This document shows, piece by piece, positions 1 through 7,701 of a stretch of 64,000 nt of DNA; the stretch's first letter is position 1, and each line of letters starts with the position of its first letter. The position numbers were made by a program, and so were the translations under genes. The notes under the pieces are model-generated. The model saw only the letters and a list, made by a program, of their open reading frames with translations, was not told the origin of the DNA and ran no database searches. The DNA is from a virus (taxonomy: Duplodnaviria > Heunggongvirae > Uroviricota > Caudoviricetes), in the IMG/VR virus record IMGVR_UViG_3300027974_000025; one strand, given 5' to 3'.

Positions 1-608
1 CTGTATTGAGAGATGACAATAACACATGTGTTACTGATAGACATAGCAGACTTTAGTTTTGAATATACACTGCTGTTTAATCTAGCTTTCAAACCAATTG
101 AGCTATCACCCACCTCACCATCTAATACCTTCTTAGGAATCAATGATGAGTCTGAGTCAATAATCAATAGATCCACCTCACCAGTCTTAATCATTTCTAA
201 TGCAACATTAAATCCTTCTTCACCACAACTTGGCTGAGCAATTAACATCTCTGATGTATCAACACCAATTGCTTCAAAGTAATTTTTATCAACAGCATGT
301 TCGCCATCAATATAAACCACCTTACCTCCTGCCTTCTGACATTCAGCAACTGCGTGACCACAGATGGTAGACTTGCCTGAACCTTCCCATCCCATTAGTT
401 CATACAACTTACCTTTTACAAATCCACCAGTACCTAATGTGATCCAATCAAATCCAATTGAACCTGTACTGATTACATCATAATGACCATCTGTTTTGGA
501 ATCTAGTGCTAACACTGTACCTGTGCCATATGCTTTGTTTAATTTATCCAAAGCGTCTTGGAGTTTAGAGACACCACTGTCTGTTGGTTGTTTTGCTGCT
601 TTTGCCAT
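1..608 (-). CDS. recA: RecA-like recombinase, N-terminal part only (the C-terminus lies beyond the window start)
   Basis: The reverse-strand translation from the ATG at 608 reads MAKAAKQPTDSGVSKLQ...ISTGSIGFDWITLGTGGFVKGKLYELMGWEGSGKSTICGHAV...VVYIDGEHAVD. This matches the RecA Walker A and L1 region. No stop is reached before position 1. Confidence 0.8.
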   Translation of the reverse strand, partial: MAKAAKQPTDSGVSKLQDALDKLNKAYGTGTVLALDSKTDGHYDVISTGSIGFDWITLGTGGFVKGKLYELMGWEGSGKSTICGHAVAECQKAGGKVVYIDGEHAVDKNYFEAIGVDTSEMLIAQPSCGEEGFNVALEMIKTGEVDLLIIDSDSSLIPKKVLDGEVGDSSIGLKARLNSSVYSKLKSAMSISNTCVIVISQY

Positions 609-660
609 AATTGTTAATTTTGTGATACAAATTTACTATTTTTCTTTGATATTTCCATAC

Positions 661-706
661 TTTTTTGTTAAAAAATAAAGCCCCCAATGTAGAAACATCA
701 GGGGCT
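661..706 (-). terminator. rho-independent terminator (minus strand)
   Basis: Hairpin agccccc(679-685)...ggggct(701-706). On the minus strand it is followed by TTATTTTTTAAC. It lies downstream of the RNR gene and the small Cys-protein gene. Confidence 0.5.
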
Positions 707-738
707 GACACAATTAACAAAAAACAGATATGCAAATA

Positions 739-770
739 TACGCATACATACGCATACATACGCAAATTAT
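739..770. repeat. short tandem repeat (acgcatacat, about 3 copies)
   Basis: Direct 10-nt period, visible in the intergenic sequence. Confidence 0.6.
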
Positions 771-774
771 TTTA

Positions 775-951
775 TCATTTATTATCTTCTGCTATCGTTT
801 GAGTACCTTTGATAACAGGTTTTTCATATGGACAGTGTCTGCAGTTGTTACCACAGCACTCTCCTTTTTCTCTAAGATAGCTTTCTGTAAAGATTACAAA
901 ACCATCTTCTAGATAATAATCAATGTCTTTTATAAATTCTTTCTTTTCCAT
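775..951 (-). CDS. small Cys-rich protein (58 aa; CCxxxCxHCPY motif), translationally coupled to the RNR gene
   Basis: Reverse-strand ORF MEKKEFIKDIDYYLEDGFVIFTESYLREKGECCGNNCRHCPYEKPVIKGTQTIAEDNK. Its start codon overlaps the RNR stop (TAATTATGG). It is too short to appear in the ORF track. It resembles the short Cys-motif proteins common in Bacteroidetes. Confidence 0.45.
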   Translation of the reverse strand: MEKKEFIKDIDYYLEDGFVIFTESYLREKGECCGNNCRHCPYEKPVIKGTQTIAEDNK

Positions 952-953
952 AA

Positions 954-2810
954 TTATTGTATTTCACAAGCACCACCTGCACAAGCTGCCACCTGACCAA
1001 AGTTTACAGTGTCATCTAATTCCATCACCTTAGTTAAGTCAAGGGAACTTAATGCATTAATACGTGTATTATATTCTTCTTCTGTAATGTCCTCGAAAGG
1101 AGCTTGCTTATAAGTATGATCAAATGCTGGTAATACAGAAAGACCATTATAGAATTCCTGATTAATCCACATCCAATCTCCTACAGTTTCCCACTCTCCT
1201 TCTCTAACAGATATTGTTGCTGAGACGTTATGTGTATTAGCCCCATTAATATGACCTGCATTAACCCATTCTGTAGAGAATCTCTTAACACGTTCTAATG
1301 TATCAAGTGCTGTCTCTGTACGTAGAATAGATCCTTCTGGTGCTTTAACAGGAATTCTTACACATATTGTATCCTTAGGACGTAACACATCATCTTCAAC
1401 TAGTTCAGGATGGTTAATCATTAAGTATTGTGCAAGGTCTTCTGTCTTGTTAAATCTCATTGTACGTAGATAGTGTGAAGCATGCCAAGCATGGATGCCA
1501 CTTGCTGTACCTAATACTAATGATGTGGTTCCTGAAGGCTTAATACATGTAACACGAGCTGCTTCATTTGTACCAATAATCTCTGTAACAAATTGATTAG
1601 TCTTTATTGCTATTTTAGCTGCCACTTCTAGATTGTATTGTAACACTTCACCAGATGCAATACCAGTCATACCAATGCCTAATAGAGCGTCTTTAAAGGT
1701 GGTCATCTTCCATATGTCACGTAGATAGTGGAAATCAGTAAAGCCTGCCTGTAATGTACCAAAGAATGCAGCTGCTGTCACTCTATCATTAAGATCCTCT
1801 TGACATGTGATGTCAGACACATTCACCTCACATAAGTTACAGAACTGATATGGTCTCAAAGCAATCTCACAACAAGGATTAGTTCCCCAATCTTTATCAT
1901 TAGTCCAATAGATACCTGGTTCACCAGAGCCAGAAGCTTCAATTCTTTTCCATAATGCTTGGAATTCCTCTTCACCTACTACTCCTCTCTCTAGAACAGC
2001 TGAGTTGTTAGCTCTACCTCTTTGCTCATTTAGTTCCCACCAGTTACCATACTTACATGTGATCATCTCTTCATCATCATGGCTGAACAAGGCAATCATT
2101 GCTGACCTTCTGATACCACCTGCTAACACAGAGTTAGCAATATGACATAAGATGTCATGACACTCTAATGATGTAAGCTTTGATCCATTCTCTTTACGCT
2201 CCATAATAGCATCAATGTGTGCTAAACAGATCTTTAATGGTTCAGAACCAGGTGCTTTACCACCAGCTGTTACAAGTCTTGCTCCTTTCTCACGAATAGC
2301 TCTAAAGTCAAACTTAGGCTTTTGACCACCTTCAAAATAAAACTTTAATAATACCTTCACTGCATCAGCCCAGCCCATGATAGAATCTTCAATAAGCCAG
2401 TTTCTGTGCTTAAATTTCTCATTTTTAACAATTGTAGGTAGTTGGTCTACATGGTGCTTTTGTACAGAATAACCTACACCTGTACCTCCTAACAATAGGA
2501 ACATAGTCTCACTGAAACTATAAATACTATCAATTGGTAGGAAACAACAGTTGTAGATTCTTGAGTTGTTCACCTCAGCTGCAACACCTGCAAACTGTAG
2601 AGCTCTCATAGAAGGTAACACTTTCTTTTTTCTGATAAATGTACCACTGTCTTTAATTTCTTTCTCTAGATTAGGATACTTCTTGATCATCATGCTCTCA
2701 TATCTATCTACTATCTCTTCCCATGTCTCTCTTCTTTTTAGCTCAGGGATGTACTTTGCGTACTTGCTAAAAATGGTAATCTTGCTCAAGGCTTCTAATC
2801 CTAAATCCAT
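954..2810 (-). CDS. nrdJ: ribonucleotide reductase, class II (adenosylcobalamin-dependent, NrdJ-like)
   Basis: 618 aa. Contains NPCCEIALRPYQFCNLCEVN, which matches the class II RNR active-site NPCGE...CNLGS motif. GGTGVGYS and the C-terminal Cys pair are also present. Confidence 0.8.
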   Translation of the reverse strand: MDLGLEALSKITIFSKYAKYIPELKRRETWEEIVDRYESMMIKKYPNLEKEIKDSGTFIRKKKVLPSMRALQFAGVAAEVNNSRIYNCCFLPIDSIYSFSETMFLLLGGTGVGYSVQKHHVDQLPTIVKNEKFKHRNWLIEDSIMGWADAVKVLLKFYFEGGQKPKFDFRAIREKGARLVTAGGKAPGSEPLKICLAHIDAIMERKENGSKLTSLECHDILCHIANSVLAGGIRRSAMIALFSHDDEEMITCKYGNWWELNEQRGRANNSAVLERGVVGEEEFQALWKRIEASGSGEPGIYWTNDKDWGTNPCCEIALRPYQFCNLCEVNVSDITCQEDLNDRVTAAAFFGTLQAGFTDFHYLRDIWKMTTFKDALLGIGMTGIASGEVLQYNLEVAAKIAIKTNQFVTEIIGTNEAARVTCIKPSGTTSLVLGTASGIHAWHASHYLRTMRFNKTEDLAQYLMINHPELVEDDVLRPKDTICVRIPVKAPEGSILRTETALDTLERVKRFSTEWVNAGHINGANTHNVSATISVREGEWETVGDWMWINQEFYNGLSVLPAFDHTYKQAPFEDITEEEYNTRINALSSLDLTKVMELDDTVNFGQVAACAGGACEIQ

Positions 2811-2830
2811 GTTAATTTGTGTTTTTTAGT

Positions 2831-2867
2831 TAAAAAATGAAGGGTCGCAAATTTACTGCAACCCTTC
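2831..2867 (-). terminator. rho-independent terminator (minus strand), upstream of the RNR gene
   Basis: Hairpin gaagggtcgca...tgcaacccttc (2839-2867). On the minus strand it is followed by a T6 run (plus 2832-2837 aaaaaa). Confidence 0.5.
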
Positions 2868-2893
2868 TTATAAACCAAGAGAATTAGAAAATT

Positions 2894-3145
2894 CTATCTA
2901 ACTAAATTTCTTATTTTCATTCCTAGCTCTGTATCATTTGGATGATCTCTAACTAATTTAGTTATTTCCTTGTCAAAGCTTATTAATTTCTGTAGATAAA
3001 GCGTGGCATCCATCAATTCTTCTTGTAAGTGTTTTAGATAGTTATCATGATTGTTTTGTTCAAGGGTAGTTCCATATTTGTTAATACCTATTTCACTACG
3101 CTGAGCATACTTCTCAATCACTTCTAATACTATTTGATCACTCAT
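2894..3145 (-). CDS. hypothetical protein, possibly a MazG-like nucleotide pyrophosphohydrolase
   Basis: 83-aa ORF. An EE-rich helix (LQEELMDATLYL) is reminiscent of MazG/DUF550. The match is weak. Confidence 0.3.
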   Translation of the reverse strand: MSDQIVLEVIEKYAQRSEIGINKYGTTLEQNNHDNYLKHLQEELMDATLYLQKLISFDKEITKLVRDHPNDTELGMKIRNLVR

Positions 3146-3516
3146 AACTTGTTATTTAAGATTTCAAATGCTTGTTCAATGGCTAATTTCTCAGCTTCTT
3201 TTCTAGTACTAGATGTTTCTGTTGATCCAACTTCTGCTACCTCACCCACTAGCGAATAGATAAATAACTTATTAGGAAAAGCTGTAACATTAATATAAAT
3301 ACCATTTTCATCAAAGATATCAAATAAGAATCTAGGATTGTTGTCTATAAATGTTGCAACATATTCACTATCAAACTGTTGTGATTTAACCATCTCTTTA
3401 AAGTCTTGTGGAATGTCAGAGTCTTCACTTAAAGACTCAATCATCTTTCCATAGTAAAACTCCTTAATAGCAAATGCTGCCTTAGGATAGGTCTCTAATA
3501 GTTCTGCTCCTGTCAT
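3142..3516 (-). CDS. hypothetical protein
   Basis: 124-aa ORF whose stop overlaps the next gene start, packed into the operon. Confidence 0.4.
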   Translation of the reverse strand: MTGAELLETYPKAAFAIKEFYYGKMIESLSEDSDIPQDFKEMVKSQQFDSEYVATFIDNNPRFLFDIFDENGIYINVTAFPNKLFIYSLVGEVAEVGSTETSSTRKEAEKLAIEQAFEILNNKL

Positions 3517-3719
3517 ATTCTTTGTTTTAATTGTTTACCACTTTCAGCCCACCAATCTCTTTCGAATCTCCATTCATTAGGTTCTGGATGGTGCTGCTTG
3601 TCTTCATCTACTGACTGTGCTAGGAGAGCATTCTTTTCACGCTCCATGTCACAGAATTTAATTACATCATCTATACCATATTTACTGATTAGATGGTTTA
3701 GTATATCACTATTATACAT
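3513..3719 (-). CDS. hypothetical protein
   Basis: 68-aa ORF with a 4-nt overlap with its neighbours. Confidence 0.35.
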   Translation of the reverse strand: MYNSDILNHLISKYGIDDVIKFCDMEREKNALLAQSVDEDKQHHPEPNEWRFERDWWAESGKQLKQRI

Positions 3720-4263
3720 ACTCTTTAATTTTATTAAGGTCTAACGTTTCAAATTCCTCAAAGAAACCATGCCAAACTTCTAAGTCTTCTGGAAGCTCCA
3801 TTCCTAGTTTATCCTCCCAAAACTTTACAAGATCTTCTGTCTTATTAAAGACTCTGTATTGCAAAGATATCTCATCTTTACGTATACTACCTTTCTTGAT
3901 CTGTACAACTTTGGGGAATATTCCTTGAAAAGCAGGAGAAGTTTTAGAATATTTGCCCTGTTTTATCAATTCTATATCACCTTTCAGTTTAGGATTGATT
4001 TCATAAACAACCACTACATAACCATCTTCATAGTCATAGTCATCTATAATGGACTTTGTTCTTTCATACTCCTTATCTAGAAAAACTTTAAATTTATCTA
4101 GATTAATTGGTTTAAAGAGAAGATATACAGCATTTTCATACTGTACATCTCTCATACCATCTTTTATATATCCATTTACAAATCCATTGTCTACCAACTT
4201 GTCTTTGCCAATGCTAAGAGTTGGGACAATGAATATGCTAGTGATTGTGTGTTTTCTCTCCAT
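3712..4263 (-). CDS. hypothetical protein
   Basis: 183-aa ORF tightly packed against its neighbours. Confidence 0.4.
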   Translation of the reverse strand: MERKHTITSIFIVPTLSIGKDKLVDNGFVNGYIKDGMRDVQYENAVYLLFKPINLDKFKVFLDKEYERTKSIIDDYDYEDGYVVVVYEINPKLKGDIELIKQGKYSKTSPAFQGIFPKVVQIKKGSIRKDEISLQYRVFNKTEDLVKFWEDKLGMELPEDLEVWHGFFEEFETLDLNKIKEYV

Positions 4264-5343
4264 TTAGCTTAGGTTTACAATGCCATTATTAATATAATTC
4301 TCTCTTGAAATGTTCCACACATCATTATCTAAAGTCCATTTAAGGTCTTCAATAAGTTGTGCAACACCTGGATATGGTCTTCCATTATGTTCAAAACCAT
4401 TAAGAGCATTGTCCATACTATCTACAGTCATTACATATACTAAAGGATTAGAATAATTAGTGCTGTCACATACAATGAATCTAGGATATAAAATAGTATA
4501 ATCTCCATAGCCCATTTCACTAGCCCAAGTCTCTGCAGCTTTGTGATAGAGGAATCCTTGGATGTAAGCTCTTCTGTAAAGATAATACTCACTATAGAAG
4601 TTCTCTACAGACCATGTACATTTAAGGTCATACACTTGGACAGTCTTTGACTTGTGATCTACAATCATCTTATCCATCATACTCTTGAACATGTGACCAA
4701 ACACTTCATATCCTTCCACCTGTAACTGATTGTATACAGAATACTGCTTATCATCTACTAAGTTTACAATCTCTGCTGTGGTAGGATTAGTTCTTAATTC
4801 TAGAACAATCTTCTCAGCGTTTTCTATCTCTTTGGTAGTCACCACTGTAAGCTTCTTAGATCTCACCTCTCTAATCTCTTTGTAATATATCTCAGCTTCA
4901 GATCCTATAAACTTCTTAAGAACAGCCTCTAATGTAATCTTGAAGCCTGCATCTGCATAAGCATCCTTACACATGTCTTCAAAGCTTCTAGTTATTGTAC
5001 CATCTTCAGCTGTAGCCTCCACTGTGTATTTATACAAAGCTTCTACAAAGTCCAACATCATAGCTGTTGGTGTAGACATACATGTAGATATGTGAAACTT
5101 CTCATCAAATAGATGGGGCTCCATTAGTAAAGTTTCTACAAGTCTACCTGTAGTGGCTGCTTTACTTTCTTCATCCTCAACCACTTGGTTAAGTATGTAT
5201 TTCTTATGGTACTTTTTCCTATCCATGGAAAAGTCCTTTAAACTAGAACTGCTGTCTAGATAAATTGCTCTATATTGAGCTTCTGTTTTCGTTTCCCCTT
5301 GTATCATTCTTCTTGTATTTATACTGTTGTAAAATTTGGTCAT
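4264..5343 (-). CDS. hypothetical protein, possibly a PD-(D/E)XK-family nuclease (recombination exonuclease)
   Basis: 359 aa. D...DLK (VYDLKCTW) is followed by a QxxxY-like motif (YIQGFLYHKA), as in RecB/Cas4-type nucleases. The assignment is weak. Confidence 0.3.
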   Translation of the reverse strand: MTKFYNSINTRRMIQGETKTEAQYRAIYLDSSSSLKDFSMDRKKYHKKYILNQVVEDEESKAATTGRLVETLLMEPHLFDEKFHISTCMSTPTAMMLDFVEALYKYTVEATAEDGTITRSFEDMCKDAYADAGFKITLEAVLKKFIGSEAEIYYKEIREVRSKKLTVVTTKEIENAEKIVLELRTNPTTAEIVNLVDDKQYSVYNQLQVEGYEVFGHMFKSMMDKMIVDHKSKTVQVYDLKCTWSVENFYSEYYLYRRAYIQGFLYHKAAETWASEMGYGDYTILYPRFIVCDSTNYSNPLVYVMTVDSMDNALNGFEHNGRPYPGVAQLIEDLKWTLDNDVWNISRENYINNGIVNLS

Positions 5344-5620
5344 GAGCTGCTCTAATCTTAGCAGGGACGTTCTTAAAGAACCACCTCACCTCCATTTCAT
5401 ACTCATTACCATACTGGTCTTCACCCTGAGGATCAATTAACCAAAACTGGTGCTTGATATCTCCTTCTTCTATGTAGCCTTCATACCACACTTCTGTAAA
5501 TGCAGGATTTCCACTTACAAATACGTTAGTCAGTTCCTTTCTCATCTTTTGTAGTTTTAGTAGGTTCCCATAAATAAGATAACAAATGATATGGCTTTTC
5601 CCCATACTTTGGCTTCTCAA
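5270..5620 (-). CDS. hypothetical protein (start uncertain; probably an internal ATG near 5545)
   Basis: 116-aa ORF that overlaps both neighbours by about 75-95 nt when the longest start is used. Confidence 0.3.
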   Translation of the reverse strand: MRSQSMGKSHIICYLIYGNLLKLQKMRKELTNVFVSGNPAFTEVWYEGYIEEGDIKHQFWLIDPQGEDQYGNEYEMEVRWFFKNVPAKIRAAHDQILQQYKYKKNDTRGNENRSSI

Positions 5621-5855
5621 TATACTGCCTGCTTAGGCACTTTGTTTTGAGATCTTCTGAAGTGAGTATCATCGTCTTACCTCTGTACTCAATTTCATAG
5701 TTTTCATTCTTTAGAATGCATTCTTTGACTCTGTCATCAAGTAGGTTTGCATACTTCTTGTCATGAAGCTTTAGAATTTGTCTTTTCATTTTTATCTGTT
5801 TTTGTTTTGTTATCGTGGCATGTAGTGCATAAACACTGTAAATTGTCCTGTTCAC
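5526..5855 (-). CDS. hypothetical protein (start uncertain)
   Basis: 109-aa ORF that overlaps the HNH gene unless an internal start is used. Confidence 0.3.
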   Translation of the reverse strand: MNRTIYSVYALHATITKQKQIKMKRQILKLHDKKYANLLDDRVKECILKNENYEIEYRGKTMILTSEDLKTKCLSRQYIEKPKYGEKPYHLLSYLWEPTKTTKDEKGTD

Positions 5856-6177
5856 AGAACAATCTTTCTACAAATCCTGGCAAGTCTTGAGCACAGTTTA
5901 GTGATCCTGCAGGAATGATGTGGTCCACATTAATCTGTTTCTGAGGGAACCAGTTCTTGCATGCTTTGCATTGATACTCAAACTTTTGTCTTTTGTTTGG
6001 TCCTTTATAATTACGCTTAGCTTTGAGCCTACATTCTGTAATAGGCTTCCACCATCTAGATTTCTGTCTTAATGTACTTCTAATAAAACTCCAAAAAGCA
6101 GATTCAGTCATTGTACCAGCATTTCTCACCTTAACTGCTTTAACTCTCTTAACTGCCTTTTTCTTTGCTGTTGCCAT
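5761..6177 (-). CDS. HNH endonuclease
   Basis: CKACKNWF...VDHIIPAGS...NLQCLCTTCHDNKT gives the canonical HNH (His-Me finger) motif with two CxxC pairs. Confidence 0.85.
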   Translation of the reverse strand: MATAKKKAVKRVKAVKVRNAGTMTESAFWSFIRSTLRQKSRWWKPITECRLKAKRNYKGPNKRQKFEYQCKACKNWFPQKQINVDHIIPAGSLNCAQDLPGFVERLFCEQDNLQCLCTTCHDNKTKTDKNEKTNSKAS

Positions 6178-6214
6178 AATATTGTATTAAATAGCCCAGG
6201 GATTTCTCCCTGGG
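6178..6214 (-). terminator. perfect 8-bp hairpin (cccaggga/tccctggg), a possible terminator between the 488-aa ORF and the HNH gene
   Basis: Hairpin at 6195-6214 with a 4-nt loop. On the minus strand it is followed by CTATTTAATACAATATT. Confidence 0.35.
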
Positions 6215-6223
6215 ACTACAAAT

Positions 6224-7690
6224 TTAATCAATTTTTACAATTCTTTTAGATATTTCTTGCTTTATTTCATCAAGACTCTTAACAATTGTATAAACTTCTA
6301 CAGCAGACAAAGCAGGTAGGTTGAAATCATATTTCTTACGCTCTTCTGTAAACCCTTGTTTGGCCTTCTCAGCCAAGTTATCTAGTTCACGTACAGCATA
6401 AGACTCATCCAATTCTAATGTGTCAAAGTCTAGGTCATGTAAGATTTCTGTTGCTTCGTCAGTAGGAACAGTCATAATTGGTAAATACTCATAGCATCTA
6501 CCCTTAGACTCACCAATACCTACAACCTTCATTGGATTAATAAGTACAAGCACGCTTGTGTCACCACAACCTACATAATGAATCTCATCACTAGTGAAGT
6601 GTAAACCTTCAGCACCACAGTCGTCAGTATTCCATCTACATTGCTCCATAGGCATATCTACTGGTCTACCAATTCTAATGTCAAATGTTCTTGTGTGAGC
6701 ATCTGTATATCTATTCTCTGCTCTATTAGGCAAATCAAGATATAATTCAGTTAAGTTACCAATATTCTCACCATAATCAGACTCATGATATTTTGTCTGT
6801 GTACCAGTACCATTACATTCCCAACAGTCTTCGCTGTCATCATAATCATCATCTTCACAAGGAATAGTTCCAGAACCATCACAGCCAGCACATGTCTCTA
6901 GCTCATCAAATATAGATTTAGCAACCATTTTGTATTCACCATCCTTTAAGAATACTAAATACTCATCAGGTTTCTTCTTCCATACAGCCTTCACTTTGTT
7001 ATATGCATTTGACACAAAGTCTACAAGTTCAGTAGAACCATGTAATGTCACTACATTTCTCAAAGCTACAAAGAAGCCCTGTTTAGTGATACCAAAAGCA
7101 TTCTTTTTTAAGAAGTTAAATAGCTTGTCTGCTACCTCAGCTCTTGGATTCAAGCAACACCACATAAAGAATCTTTGTAAAGCAAGAAACTCGTCATTAT
7201 CTGTACCAAAGTTTCTACCAGTCACTTCTAAGAACTCTTCTACTAGTAATGGAGGTAAGCTTCTGTTGATGCCTTTTAAGTAAAGACTACCATCTTTCAT
7301 TTCAAACTGCTCAAGTGTAGCCAAATACTCAGCACCTCTTTGAACAGCCTTTACCTTTTCATACTCAGCTTCAGCCTTTCTTCTTTGGTCCTTAACTTCT
7401 TGTGAACTTACAAGATTAAATAGACAAGCTTCTGTTCTACAGTTTCTAGCAGCATTGAAATCATCTGCTGTTGCTGGAGATTTAGTAATGATGTTGCCAT
7501 CGTTCATTACAACAGTCAATGTATCATTAACCATTTTAATGTTTAGATAGGGCTTTCCTGAAGGATGATAAGAAGGGGCTACTTGCCCCTCCTCATTATC
7601 CAATTCATTAAAAGCCTGCTCAATTTTGTTTTCTACTACTTTTTCAATTGTGCGTTCAATAGCACTCTTAAACCATTTTAAGCTTAACAT
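6224..7690 (-). CDS. hypothetical protein with two DnaJ-type CxxCxGxG zinc-finger motifs
   Basis: 488 aa. It contains CAGCDGSGTIPC...DCWECNGTGTQ. It sits directly downstream of the Hsp90-like ATPase gene with a 12-nt gap. Confidence 0.5.
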   Translation of the reverse strand: MLSLKWFKSAIERTIEKVVENKIEQAFNELDNEEGQVAPSYHPSGKPYLNIKMVNDTLTVVMNDGNIITKSPATADDFNAARNCRTEACLFNLVSSQEVKDQRRKAEAEYEKVKAVQRGAEYLATLEQFEMKDGSLYLKGINRSLPPLLVEEFLEVTGRNFGTDNDEFLALQRFFMWCCLNPRAEVADKLFNFLKKNAFGITKQGFFVALRNVVTLHGSTELVDFVSNAYNKVKAVWKKKPDEYLVFLKDGEYKMVAKSIFDELETCAGCDGSGTIPCEDDDYDDSEDCWECNGTGTQTKYHESDYGENIGNLTELYLDLPNRAENRYTDAHTRTFDIRIGRPVDMPMEQCRWNTDDCGAEGLHFTSDEIHYVGCGDTSVLVLINPMKVVGIGESKGRCYEYLPIMTVPTDEATEILHDLDFDTLELDESYAVRELDNLAEKAKQGFTEERKKYDFNLPALSAVEVYTIVKSLDEIKQEISKRIVKID

Positions 7691-7701
7691 GTTTTGCTTT
7701 T

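Noticed and set aside
13-912. Plus-strand ORFs 13..237, 496..678 and 730..912.
   Set aside because: The first two lie antisense within the RecA gene. The third lies antisense to the real 58-aa Cys-protein gene. All are low-complexity.
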